Assembly: GCA_035762745.1 (NCBI GenBank)
Contig: DASTNM010000133.1
Coordinates: 1-20,900 of the forward strand
From: Candidatus Polarisedimenticolia bacterium
GTDB lineage: Bacteria > Acidobacteriota > Polarisedimenticolia > Gp22-AA2
DNA length: 20,900 nt
Direction of reading: 5' to 3'
Shown here: positions 1-7,601 of the stretch, piece after piece
Numbering within the stretch: the first letter of the stretch is position 1
Layout: every line of letters begins with the position of its first letter
The notes under the pieces: generated by a model
Seen by the model: only the letters and a program-made list of their open reading frames with translations
Told to the model about the DNA's origin: nothing
Databases searched by the model: none
Position numbers and translations under genes: made by a program

Positions 1-581
1 CGATCGGCACCGCCATCCACGTGGTGCGCACGCGCGGCGGGGTGCAGCTCGACGAGACGGTGCTGATCACCGGCGCCTCGGGGGGGGTCGGCCTGCACGC
101 CATCCAGGTCTGCCGTTTGATCGGGGCGCGCGTCTACGCCGTGACCTCCTCGCCGGGCAAGGCGAAAAGCCTCAAGGAAGCGGGGGCCGACGAGGTGATC
201 GTCTCGCAGGACCTGAGGTTCGCGCCCCATGTCCGTCGGGCGACCGGCGGCCGCGGCGTCGACGTCGTCCTGGAGATCACCGGCGCCCTCACCTTCGACC
301 AGGCGATGCGCTCCCTGGCGCCGGCCGGTCGCCTGATCGTCGTCGGCAATCTCGAGACGCGGCCGGTCTCCTTCATGCCGGGGCTGGTGATCCTGAAGGA
401 GCTCGAGATCCGAGGCTCGTTCGCGACCACGACCGCGGAGCTGTCGGAGAGCTTCCGGCTGGTGAGCGAGAAGAAGGTGCGGCCCGTGGTCTCGAAGGTG
501 ATGCCGCTCGCCGAGGTGGCGAAGGCGCACCAGATCCTCTACGACCGCGGCGTCACCGGGCGGATCGTCCTGAGCGTCTAG
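1..581 (+). CDS. Partial CDS, upstream end of the gene lies outside the window. It encodes the C-terminal nucleotide-binding half of an MDR (zinc-type alcohol dehydrogenase / quinone oxidoreductase) family protein.
   Basis: ORF 21..581 contains a Rossmann motif ('VLITGASGGVGLHAIQ'), a C-terminal 'GRIVL' and the general layout of Qor/Adh-Zn proteins. The frame is open to the window edge, and the stop is TAG at 579-581. Confidence 0.7.
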   Translation, partial: IGTAIHVVRTRGGVQLDETVLITGASGGVGLHAIQVCRLIGARVYAVTSSPGKAKSLKEAGADEVIVSQDLRFAPHVRRATGGRGVDVVLEITGALTFDQAMRSLAPAGRLIVVGNLETRPVSFMPGLVILKELEIRGSFATTTAELSESFRLVSEKKVRPVVSKVMPLAEVAKAHQILYDRGVTGRIVLSV

Positions 582-647
582 AAGCCCGACCGAAGGGCCG
601 CTGCCAGCCCCGCGCCGCCCCCGGCCGATTGGCGGCGGAATCGCCCC

Positions 648-1208
648 CTACTTGCCGGCTCCCAGCCTCCAGGTAAAGCCCCAGTCGAGGCTCGTGTGGC
701 TGGAGGTCTCGTCGAACGTCTTCTCCGTCAGGCTCGACAGCTCGATACGGAACGCGGCTCTCTTGTGCCGGCCGAAAAAGAAGCGGCTGCCGGCCGCCAG
801 CACCGAGGCCGAGCCGGTGTCGCTGGAAGTGCCGAGAATGCCGGCGTCGGACTCGAGCTTGGCCGAGCCGACTCCCACGAGGACATAGGGCACCACGTTG
901 CCGCTCTGTGAGTGGAAGTTGAAGACGCCGTCGACCAGGGTGGCGCACAGAGTGATATCGACATCGAAGCCGAGCGAGGTGTCGGTTGCGACGGAGCAGT
1001 TCTCCTGCCCTTCAATCTGGAAGAGGTCGGTGACATGGTAGCCGCCGCGGAAGACGCCGTGGCCGCCGGTCTGGTCGGTGACCGAGGAGTCGAACCAGGT
1101 CCAGCCGCCGTCGAATCCGATCTCGCCATTCCCCTTGCCGATCCCCGCCAGGGCGGGGGAGGCGGCGAGGAGCACCAGGAACAGGCCGAGGAACACCGTT
1201 CGTTTCAT
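648..1208 (-). CDS. Small outer-membrane beta-barrel protein (OmpW/OMP_b-brl-like), 186 aa with an N-terminal signal peptide.
   Basis: Only the C-terminal 186 aa of the 632-aa minus-strand ORF are plausible: 'MKRTVFLGLFLVLLAASPALA' is a signal peptide and is followed by alternating hydrophobic/aromatic beta-strand patterning. The ATG at 1208 is preceded by AAGGAGG (revcomp of 1211-1217), and the stop is TAG (revcomp 648-650). The upstream part of the long ORF lies antisense to purM and is spurious. Confidence 0.6.
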   Translation of the reverse strand: MKRTVFLGLFLVLLAASPALAGIGKGNGEIGFDGGWTWFDSSVTDQTGGHGVFRGGYHVTDLFQIEGQENCSVATDTSLGFDVDITLCATLVDGVFNFHSQSGNVVPYVLVGVGSAKLESDAGILGTSSDTGSASVLAAGSRFFFGRHKRAAFRIELSSLTEKTFDETSSHTSLDWGFTWRLGAGK

Positions 1209-1347
1209 CGGGACCTCCTTGATTGTGGTCAGGTACCGCACTGTGAAAACGACACGCCGCGACCCGGGCGCACGGTGAATCGCATCATACCGGTCCCCAC
1301 ACGGCACCGCAAGAGCGGCGAGGGGTCGGCCACGGTGCCGGTCCGGT

Positions 1348-1378
1348 TTGACAGGGACGCGGCGGGCTGAGATATAAT
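1348..1378 (+). promoter_or_regulatory. Near-consensus sigma70-type promoter: TTGACA (1348-1353), 19-nt spacer, TATAAT (1373-1378). It would drive purM.
   Basis: Perfect -35 and -10 hexamers sit in ~70% GC DNA about 55 nt upstream of the purM start. The spacer is 2 nt longer than optimal. Confidence 0.4.
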
Positions 1379-1430
1379 CCGCGGCCCAAAACCGTCGCTT
1401 GGACAACGACTTGGCCAGACCCTGGGACAG

Positions 1431-2693
1431 GTGTCGATGAGCGAGACCACGAAAGGCCCGAGCCGCCGCCAGCTTCCCCCCGCGCGCCCGGCGCCGAAGA
1501 AGGGGCTGCCGCTGCCCGGGCCCGCCGGAGCGAAGCCGTCCGCCGCGCCGAAGCCGCCTGCCACGGGCGGCCTGACCTACAGGGACGCCGGCGTCGACAT
1601 CGATGCCAAGATGCGGGCGCTCCAGAGGGTCCGCCTGATCGCGCGCGGCACCTTCCGCAAGGGGGTGCTGACCGACATCGGCTCGTTCGGCGGTCTCTTC
1701 GAGCTGGCGGCGGCCGGGCCGCACCGCAACCCGGTCCTGGTCAGCAGCACCGACGGCGTCGGCACCAAGCTGAAGATCGCCATGCAGACCCGCAACCATC
1801 GGACCATCGGCACGGACCTGGTGAACCACTGCATCAACGACATCCTGGTGCAGGGGGCGGTGCCGCTCTTCTTCCTCGATTACATCGCCATGGGAAAGCT
1901 GGCGCCGGAGCTGATGCTCGATGTGGTCACGGGGCTGGCGCGCGGCTGCCGCGACGCCGGCTGCGCGCTCATCGGCGGCGAGACCGCCGAGATGCCCGAT
2001 CTCTACCGGGCGGGGGATTACGATCTGGCGGGATTCATCGTCGGCGTGGTCGAGAAGGAGCACGTCATCGACGGCTCGCGCATCGCGGCGGGCGACATCC
2101 TCATAGGACTGCCGTCCTCGGGGCTGCACACCAACGGCTACTCGCTGGCACGGAAGATCTTCTTCGAGAGGCGGTCCTTGAAAACCGACAGCGTGCTGCC
2201 GGAGCTCGGCCGCAGCGTCGGCGAGGAGCTGCTCCAGGTCCATCGGTCGTACCTGCCGGTCCTGCGCGGACTGATCCCGACCGGGGCCATCTACGGGATG
2301 GCGCACATCACGGGCGGGGGGTTCACCGACAACATCCCGCGCATCCTTCCGCGCGGCGTCTCGGCGCGCCTCGATCTGGGGAGCTGGCCCGTCCCGCCGG
2401 TCTTCCAATACCTGCAGCGCGAGGGACGGGTCGCCGAGGACGAGATGCTGCGCACCTTCAACATGGGGATCGGCATGGTGCTGGTCGTCCCGCTGCACCG
2501 CGAGACCGAGGTGCTGCGACATCTCGACGCGGTGCGCGAGAAACACTTCCGCATCGGCGAGATCGTGCGCGGCAGCCGCAAGGTGATCTACAACCGCGAG
2601 TCGGCGGTCGCCGGAGCACCAGCGCCCGCGCCGACGGACGGCCGTCCGGCGCCCGCGAGCGGCGTCGGCCGGCGGGACGAGCCGCGGGGATGA
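1431..2693 (+). CDS. purM: Phosphoribosylformylglycinamidine cyclo-ligase (AIR synthetase, PurM). It carries a ~45-aa Pro/Ala/Lys-rich N-terminal extension and a ~30-aa Pro/Ala-rich C-terminal tail.
   Basis: The core is colinear with the E. coli PurM sequence as I recall it, including 'LTYRDAGVDID', 'VSSTDGVGTKL', 'DLVNHCINDILVQGAVPLFFLDY', 'GGETAEMP' and 'AHITGGGF'. The start is GTG 1431 or ATG 1437; there is no in-frame ATG between these and the conserved core. The stop is TGA 2691-2693. Confidence 0.9.
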   Translation: MSMSETTKGPSRRQLPPARPAPKKGLPLPGPAGAKPSAAPKPPATGGLTYRDAGVDIDAKMRALQRVRLIARGTFRKGVLTDIGSFGGLFELAAAGPHRNPVLVSSTDGVGTKLKIAMQTRNHRTIGTDLVNHCINDILVQGAVPLFFLDYIAMGKLAPELMLDVVTGLARGCRDAGCALIGGETAEMPDLYRAGDYDLAGFIVGVVEKEHVIDGSRIAAGDILIGLPSSGLHTNGYSLARKIFFERRSLKTDSVLPELGRSVGEELLQVHRSYLPVLRGLIPTGAIYGMAHITGGGFTDNIPRILPRGVSARLDLGSWPVPPVFQYLQREGRVAEDEMLRTFNMGIGMVLVVPLHRETEVLRHLDAVREKHFRIGEIVRGSRKVIYNRESAVAGAPAPAPTDGRPAPASGVGRRDEPRG

Positions 2694-2893
2694 AGGCCTA
2701 CGCCCTCTACCTGGGTGCGCTGTGCGGCCTCTTCGGGGTCAACTCGGCCGTGCTCCTGGCCGTGACCGTGGCGCAGGCCGCGCGCCGGCGAGGGAAGCGG
2801 GCCGCGATTTATCTGGGGTTGAGCCTGCTCGCCGGCGCCGTGGCGGCCGGCTTCTACTTTTTCCGCACGCTGGTCGTGACCGCCGTCGACTGA
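2690..2893 (+). CDS. Hypothetical 67-aa small membrane protein with two predicted transmembrane helices, translationally coupled to purM.
   Basis: ATG 2690 overlaps the purM stop (ATGA). The sequence has two hydrophobic segments ('YLGALCGLFGVNSAVLLAVTVAQAA', 'IYLGLSLLAGAVAAGFYFF') separated by 'RRRGKR', giving positive-inside topology. It fills the purM-purN gap exactly. I recognised no homology. Confidence 0.4.
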   Translation: MKAYALYLGALCGLFGVNSAVLLAVTVAQAARRRGKRAAIYLGLSLLAGAVAAGFYFFRTLVVTAVD

Positions 2894-2920
2894 AGGGACC
2901 CTCCCGGCCCGGAGGCCGCC

Positions 2921-3565
2921 GTGACAAGCCGCAGGGGATCGTCTCCCAACCGCCTCGGTGTCCTGATCTCCGGGCGCGGCTCGAATCTCGTGGCGATCCT
3001 CGACCGGATTCGGACGGGGGACCTCGACGCCGAAGTCGTGCTCGTGGTCAGCAACGAGCCGGAGGCGCCGGGGCTCCGGGCGGCGCGCTCCCGCGGGGTG
3101 GAGACCCTGGTCGTCGATCACCGCGCCTCCGCCTCGCGCGCGGCCCACGACCGCAAGATGGCGGAGGCCCTGGAGGCGCGCGAGGTCTCGCTCGTCTGCC
3201 TGGCCGGGTACATGCGGCTCCTCTCGGCGGCGTTCGTGCGGCGCTTCAAGGGAAGGATTCTGAACATCCACCCCGCCCTCCTGCCGGCCTTTCCCGGATT
3301 GGGATCTCAGGAGGCGGCCCTGGCCTACGGAGTCAAGGTGACCGGCTGCACCGTCCATTTCGTCGACGAGGGGGTCGACACCGGGCCGATCATCCTGCAG
3401 GAGCCGGTGGCGGTCCTCGACGGCGACACGCCCGAGAGCCTCGCCGCGCGCATCCTCGAGACGGAGCACCGGGCCTACAGCCGAGCCATCGCGCTGTTCT
3501 TCTCAGGGAGGCTGCGTATCGTGGGGCGGCGCGTCCTCGGCGCGGCGGGGCCGGAGGCCGGGTAA
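2921..3565 (+). CDS. purN: Phosphoribosylglycinamide formyltransferase (GAR transformylase, PurN).
   Basis: Motifs present: 'GVLISGRGSNL', 'NIHPALLPAFPG' and 'GCTVHFVDEGVDTGPII'. GTG start at 2921 with GGAGG at 2911-2915; stop TAA 3563-3565. Confidence 0.9.
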   Translation: MTSRRGSSPNRLGVLISGRGSNLVAILDRIRTGDLDAEVVLVVSNEPEAPGLRAARSRGVETLVVDHRASASRAAHDRKMAEALEAREVSLVCLAGYMRLLSAAFVRRFKGRILNIHPALLPAFPGLGSQEAALAYGVKVTGCTVHFVDEGVDTGPIILQEPVAVLDGDTPESLAARILETEHRAYSRAIALFFSGRLRIVGRRVLGAAGPEAG

Positions 3566-3659
3566 GACGGTCGCGGACAACGTCCGCGAGCGGACACCGG
3601 GCCCGCGGCTCAGGCGCCGATCCTCCGCGAGCGGCGGCTTTCGAGGGGCGGCACGCCCC

Positions 3660-4406
3660 TTGCTCCTGTCGCCGGGCGTGGACGAGCCGACCTATCCCTC
3701 CGAGCCTCCCGCCGCCGTCGAGCCGGCCCGCCGGCTGCGCCGCCTGCGCGAGCTGCCGGCCGCCGTCCTGCGCCCGCGCGAGAAGCTGCTCCGTTTCGGC
3801 GTCCAGGGGATGAGCCACGCCGAGCTTCTGGCGGTGCTGCTCGGCACCGGCACCCGCGGGTGCAACGTCCTGGCTCTCGCCGAGGACCTGGTGGCGAAAT
3901 ACGGCGCTCCGGGGCTGCCCCGTCTTTCCCTCCTGGAGGGGACCGGCAACCGCGGCGTCGGGCGCGTCAAGGGGGGGCAGATGCTGGCCGCTTTCGAGCT
4001 GGCGCGCCGGGTCCTCGCGCCGCCCGCCGATGAGCCGCGCGTCGCCTCTCCCGCCGAAGCCTACGCCCTGGTGCGCGACCTGCGCCGGGCGCGCAAGGAG
4101 CACCTGATCGCGCTCTACCTCGACGCCCAGAACCGCCTGATCCTGCGCGAGACGGTGTCGATCGGCAGCCTGAACACCACGCGCACCCACCCGCGCGAGG
4201 TCCTGCAGCCGGCCATCGTCCACTCAGCGCTGGCCTTCATCCTGGTGCACAACCACCCGAGCGGCAGCCTCGACCCCAGCCGCGACGACGTCGAGTTCAC
4301 GCGCACCATCTCCCGGGCCGGCGAGCTGATGGGGATCAGCCTGTACGATCATCTGATCGTCAGCCACCGCGGCTACGTCAGCCTGAAGGAGAAGGGGCTT
4401 CTCTAG
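3660..4406 (+). CDS. radC: RadC-like JAB/JAMM-domain protein (UPF0758 family).
   Basis: The RadC N-terminal HhH-like region ('[26 protein letters not shown]') is followed by an intact JAMM motif ('[14 protein letters not shown]'). The track gives TTG 3660 as start; the true start may be a few codons downstream, so this is uncertain. Stop TAG 4404-4406. Confidence 0.8.
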   Translation: MLLSPGVDEPTYPSEPPAAVEPARRLRRLRELPAAVLRPREKLLRFGVQGMSHAELLAVLLGTGTRGCNVLALAEDLVAKYGAPGLPRLSLLEGTGNRGVGRVKGGQMLAAFELARRVLAPPADEPRVASPAEAYALVRDLRRARKEHLIALYLDAQNRLILRETVSIGSLNTTRTHPREVLQPAIVHSALAFILVHNHPSGSLDPSRDDVEFTRTISRAGELMGISLYDHLIVSHRGYVSLKEKGLL

Positions 4407-4426
4407 ATCCGCCACGGTCGGCCGTC

Positions 4427-4455
4427 TGGACATCGCGGCGGCCGGCGGGTACGAT
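4427..4455 (+). promoter_or_regulatory. Candidate sigma70-like promoter: TGGACA (4427-4432), 17-nt spacer, TACGAT (4450-4455). It would drive tyrS.
   Basis: The hexamers match 5/6 and 4/6 with ideal spacing, about 20 nt upstream of the tyrS RBS/ATG. The call rests on the sequence alone. Confidence 0.25.
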
Positions 4456-4476
4456 GAACCCCTTTCCGGAGGTGCG

Positions 4477-5748
4477 ATGCCCGAGGGGCGCAAGACGAGC
4501 GGGCGGCGGCGCGCGGCGAAGATCTCCTTCCTGCCGGCGCGGGAGCAGATCGACTACCTGCGCAAGGGGGCGGTCGACATCGTCCGTGAGGAGGAGCTGC
4601 TCGCCAAGCTGGAGCGCTCCCGCTCGAGCGGCCATCCGCTGACCGTCAAGGTCGGGTTCGACCCCTCGGCCCCCGACCTGCACCTCGGGCACACGGTCGT
4701 GATCCGGAAGATGAAGCATTTCCAGGACATGGGCCACAGGGTGGTCTTCCTGATCGGCGACTTCACCGGGATGATCGGTGACCCGACGGGGCAGTCGAAG
4801 ACGCGGCCGGTGCTGACGCGCGAGCAGTTGAGGAGGAACGCCGAGACCTACAAGCGGCAGGTCTTCAAGATCCTCCACCCGAAGAAGACCGTCGTCGACT
4901 TCAACAGCCGCTGGCTCGGCCGGCTCGGCGCCGCCGGCTTCATCACCCTCGCCTCGAAGTACACCGTGGCGCGCCTCCTGGAGCGCGACGACTTCGCGCG
5001 CCGCTACAAGGGAAACCAGCCGATCGGCCTGCACGAGTTCCTCTACCCGCTGGCCCAGGCCTACGACTCGGTGGCGCTCGGATGCGACGTCGAGATGGGC
5101 GGCACGGACCAGACCTTCAACCTCCTCGTCGGCCGCGACGTGATGCGCGAGTACGGCCTCGAGCCCCAGGTGGTCCTGACGATGCCGCTCCTCGAGGGGC
5201 TCGACGGCGTCGAGAAGATGAGCAAGTCGCTCGGCAACTACGTCGGCATCAACGAGCCGCCGCGCGAGATCTTCGGCAAGCTGATGTCGATCACCGACGC
5301 CCTCATGTGGCGCTACTGGGAGCTCTGCACCGACCTGTCGCTGGCCGAGATCGGCGCGCTGCGCCAAAGGGTCGAAGCGGGCGAGCGGCACCCGAAGCAG
5401 GTGAAGTCCGACCTGGCGCGCCGCGTCGTGGCCGACTACCACGGCGAGGCGGCCGCCGCCGAAGCCGCCGCCGAGTTCGAGAAGGTGTTCGCCCGCAAGG
5501 AGGCGCCGGAGGAGGTGCGGGAGGTGCGCCTGCCCGGGAGCGCCCGGCCGCTCTGGGTGCCGAAGCTTCTCGTGAGCCTCGGCCTGGCGAAGTCGAACGG
5601 CGAGGCGCGGCGGTTGATCGAGCAGGGGGGCGTCTCGCTCGACGGCGACCGGGTCAGCGACCCGGCTCGGGAGGTTCCCGCCTCCTCCGCCGTCTCCTAC
5701 CTGATCAAGGTCGGCAAGAGGCACTTCGTCCGGGTCCACTTCGACTGA
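4477..5748 (+). CDS. tyrS: Tyrosine--tRNA ligase (bacterial TyrS, type 2) with a C-terminal S4 RNA-binding domain.
   Basis: Class I aaRS signatures: '[11 protein letters not shown]' (HIGH) and 'KMSKSLGN' (KMSKS). '[27 protein letters not shown]' is TyrS-specific, and the C-terminus is S4-like ('[14 protein letters not shown]'). ATG 4477 is preceded by GGAGG at about 4466. Confidence 0.95.
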   Translation: MPEGRKTSGRRRAAKISFLPAREQIDYLRKGAVDIVREEELLAKLERSRSSGHPLTVKVGFDPSAPDLHLGHTVVIRKMKHFQDMGHRVVFLIGDFTGMIGDPTGQSKTRPVLTREQLRRNAETYKRQVFKILHPKKTVVDFNSRWLGRLGAAGFITLASKYTVARLLERDDFARRYKGNQPIGLHEFLYPLAQAYDSVALGCDVEMGGTDQTFNLLVGRDVMREYGLEPQVVLTMPLLEGLDGVEKMSKSLGNYVGINEPPREIFGKLMSITDALMWRYWELCTDLSLAEIGALRQRVEAGERHPKQVKSDLARRVVADYHGEAAAAEAAAEFEKVFARKEAPEEVREVRLPGSARPLWVPKLLVSLGLAKSNGEARRLIEQGGVSLDGDRVSDPAREVPASSAVSYLIKVGKRHFVRVHFD

Positions 5749-5765
5749 CGATGACGCCCACCGTG

Positions 5766-5783
5766 CGGCGGCCGGCGCCGCCG
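5766..5783. terminator. GC-rich hairpin between convergent tyrS (+) and the phosphatase gene (-): cggcggc / cggc / gccgccg.
   Basis: A 7-bp perfect GC stem with a 4-nt loop sits in the 69-nt convergent intergenic space. There is no U-tract, so assigning it as a terminator is tentative. Confidence 0.2.
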
Positions 5784-5817
5784 TGAGCGCGCCGTCCCGA
5801 TCCTCTTGGAGACGACC

Positions 5818-6810
5818 CTACTCCCGCCGCGCGCGCCTGATCGCCATCAGGGTCAGGTCGTCCCCCTTCGGCGACCCGGCCCGGAAAGCGGCCAGGTCGT
5901 CCAGGCAGGCGTGGAGCAGCGCCTTCGGAGCCAGTGCGTGCCGCTCCGCGGCCAGACGCGCCAGGCGCTCGGCGCCGTACTCGGCCTGGGCGCGGTTGCG
6001 CGCCTCGCTCAGGCCGTCGGTGTAGAGCAGGAGCGCGTCGTCCGGCTCGAGGTGGTGCGTCGCGACCGGGTACCCGCCGCTGCAGAAGAGGCCGAGCGGC
6101 AGCCCGGTTGCCTCGATGGCCAAGACGCGTCCGCGGCGCACCAGGAGCGGCGGCGGGTGGCCGGCATTGCAGATCTCCACCCGCCCCGAGCGGTCGGCAC
6201 GCCCGCACACCAGGGTGGCGAAGTGCGCCGACGGGAGGCTCTCGCAGAAGAGACGGTTGGCGCGCTCCATCAGGCCGCTGACCGGCAGACCCGTGCCGAC
6301 CAGGGTGCGCACGATGGCGCGCAGGCCGGTCATGAGCATCGAGGCGGCCACCCCCTTGCCCGAGACGTCTCCGATCAGGAAGAAGAGATCCCCGCCGTCG
6401 CCGTCCGAGGCGACCAGGTCGCAGTAGTCCCCGCTCACTTGCGACGCCGGCTCGTAGTGGTAGGCGGCCTCCCAGCCGCCGAGACGCAGATCCTGCTTCG
6501 GCAGGAGACCGTTCTGGACCCGGGCCGCGAGGTCGAGGTCGCGCTCGAGGGCCCGGCGCTCCGCCGTGTTGAGGTGGTCGAGGCAGGTGCGGATCAGCGG
6601 GTCGACCATCAGGCGGTCCTCCTCGATCGCATCGTGGCAGCTCTCGCACTTCCCATACGAGCCGCCGTCGATCCTCACCAGGGCCGCGTCGACCTCCTCC
6701 AGCAGTTGCCTGAGGTGCGCGGCCTCCGGGGCGCTCTCGAGGGCGGTCTCGATGCGCGCCCGGCGGTCGCGCAGCTCCGCCTGGAAATCGGGTTGTCCTG
6801 AGATCGCCAT
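5818..6810 (-). CDS. PP2C/SpoIIE-family serine phosphatase (RsbU/RsbP-like) carrying an N-terminal DksA/TraR-type C4 (here C3H) zinc finger.
   Basis: The C-terminal ~240 aa show SpoIIE/PP2C hallmarks: 'SGDYCDL', 'FFLIGDVSGKGVAASMLMTGL', 'YTDGLSEARN' and 'GDDLTLMAIRR'. N-terminal residues ~45-85 ('ALVRIDGGSYGKCESCHDAIEEDRLMVDPLIRTCLDH') align residue for residue with the DksA/TraR zinc-finger consensus (YGxCExCGxxIxxxRLxAxPxAxxCxxC) as I recall it. The best start is ATG 6810 ('MAISGQ…') with GAGGAGGA at 6815-6822; the track's ATG 6834 is 8 codons further upstream. Stop TAG (revcomp 5818-5820). Confidence 0.8.
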   Translation of the reverse strand: MAISGQPDFQAELRDRRARIETALESAPEAAHLRQLLEEVDAALVRIDGGSYGKCESCHDAIEEDRLMVDPLIRTCLDHLNTAERRALERDLDLAARVQNGLLPKQDLRLGGWEAAYHYEPASQVSGDYCDLVASDGDGGDLFFLIGDVSGKGVAASMLMTGLRAIVRTLVGTGLPVSGLMERANRLFCESLPSAHFATLVCGRADRSGRVEICNAGHPPPLLVRRGRVLAIEATGLPLGLFCSGGYPVATHHLEPDDALLLYTDGLSEARNRAQAEYGAERLARLAAERHALAPKALLHACLDDLAAFRAGSPKGDDLTLMAIRRARRE

Positions 6811-6988
6811 CGGGTCCTCCTCGCTTCGGCGCATCCTACTCGTGGACTTCGAAGTATAAGCCTCTTGCCTCCTCTGCCGTTATACGTCCCCGGAGACCCG
6901 GGCGGGTGGCGGTCGCCGGCGGCCACGGCGTGCGGTCATCACGAATGAGGGAATCACCCGGTCTCGGGGCCCGAGATCCCGGGGGCGG

Positions 6989-7018
6989 TTGACCGGCGGG
7001 GCGCCGAAGTGAGAGAAT
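6989..7018 (+). promoter_or_regulatory. Candidate extended -10 sigma70-like promoter upstream of the STAS gene: TTGACC (6989-6994), 18-nt spacer, TGaGAGAAT (7010-7018).
   Basis: The -35 hexamer matches 5/6, and the -10 hexamer GAGAAT is preceded by TGn. It lies in the 320-nt divergent intergenic region. This is a weak, sequence-only call. Confidence 0.25.
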
Positions 7019-7130
7019 GCCCGCACGTGGCCGGTGCCGTCTCCGCATTGTCGCTTTCGAGGGCTCCGTCCGTCATCCCTCGCCATCCGTTGCGGCAGCC
7101 GGGCCGTCCCACCCAGGGGGAGGATGCGCC

Positions 7131-7472
7131 ATGAGGATCAAGGTGCGCGACACGGGCAGGGTCCAGATCCTCGACCTGGATGGCGAGCTCAAGCTGGGCG
7201 TGGGCGACACCGCCCTGCGCGACACCGTCAAGGGGCTCATCAACACCGGACACAACAACCTCGTCCTCAATCTCAGGCATGTCCGCTGGATCGACTCCAG
7301 CGGCATGGGCGAGATGGTGGCCTGCCGGAAGCGGGTCGCCGAGAGGGGCGGCGAGCTCAAGCTCCTGATGCCCTCGGAGAAGATCTACAGCCTCCTGGTC
7401 CTGGTGCGATTCCACGAGTACTTCCAGATCCACCACGACGAGTCCCAGGCGGTCGTCTCCTTCATCGTCTGA
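7131..7472 (+). CDS. STAS-domain protein (anti-sigma-factor antagonist, SpoIIAA/RsbV-like), 113 aa.
   Basis: 'MRIKVRDTGRVQILDLDGEL…' shows the STAS fold pattern, with the conserved phosphorylatable 'DSSG' motif ('RWIDSSGMGEMV'). ATG 7131 is preceded by GGGGGAGG at 7116-7123. The track's upstream extension to 7017 lacks an RBS and is likely spurious. Stop TGA 7470-7472. Confidence 0.8.
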   Translation: MRIKVRDTGRVQILDLDGELKLGVGDTALRDTVKGLINTGHNNLVLNLRHVRWIDSSGMGEMVACRKRVAERGGELKLLMPSEKIYSLLVLVRFHEYFQIHHDESQAVVSFIV

Positions 7473-7533
7473 CGTCGTCCGGGCGTGCGGGCGGCGGCGG
7501 GCCGCGCTGGCGATCCCCACCACACTCTCCGGG

Positions 7534-7562
7534 TTGCGCCAGAGCCTCCGGCGGCGGATAAT
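7534..7562 (+). promoter_or_regulatory. Candidate sigma70-like promoter for the Hyf/Ehr-like operon: TTGCGC (7534-7539), 17-nt spacer, GATAAT (7557-7562).
   Basis: The -10 hexamer matches 5/6 and the -35 matches 4/6 with ideal spacing, about 40 nt upstream of ATG 7602 (RBS AAGGAG at 7585-7590). Confidence 0.3.
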
Positions 7563-7601
7563 GCGCCCCGTTTGTCTCGGGCGAAGGAGCGCGGCGGCGG
7601 G

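Noticed and set aside
1209-2546. The N-terminal ~445 aa of the 632-aa minus-strand ORF 648..2546.
   Set aside because: Only the last 186 aa (648-1208) form a credible signal-peptide beta-barrel protein with an RBS-preceded ATG. The remainder is antisense to purM and is low-complexity.
2722-3813. 363-aa Arg/Gly/Pro-rich plus-strand ORF, together with 3390-4223 (-), 4378-5739 (-), 5705-6649 (-) and 5806-6801 (+).
   Set aside because: These are alternate-frame or antisense overlaps of purN, the RadC-like gene, tyrS and the phosphatase gene. Their composition is typical of GC-rich frame artefacts.
5749-5817. Possible Rho-independent terminator between tyrS and the phosphatase gene.
   Set aside because: Only a short GC hairpin (5766-5783) without a U-tract is present. 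I kept it as a low-confidence feature but did not promote it to a finding.
7017-7130. A 38-aa N-terminal extension of the STAS protein (track start 7017), and a similar extension of the small subunit (track start 7485).
   Set aside because: Internal ATGs at 7131 and 7602 are preceded by strong GGAGG/AAGGAG RBSs and coincide with the onset of family conservation. The extensions are Ala/Arg/Gly-rich with no RBS.
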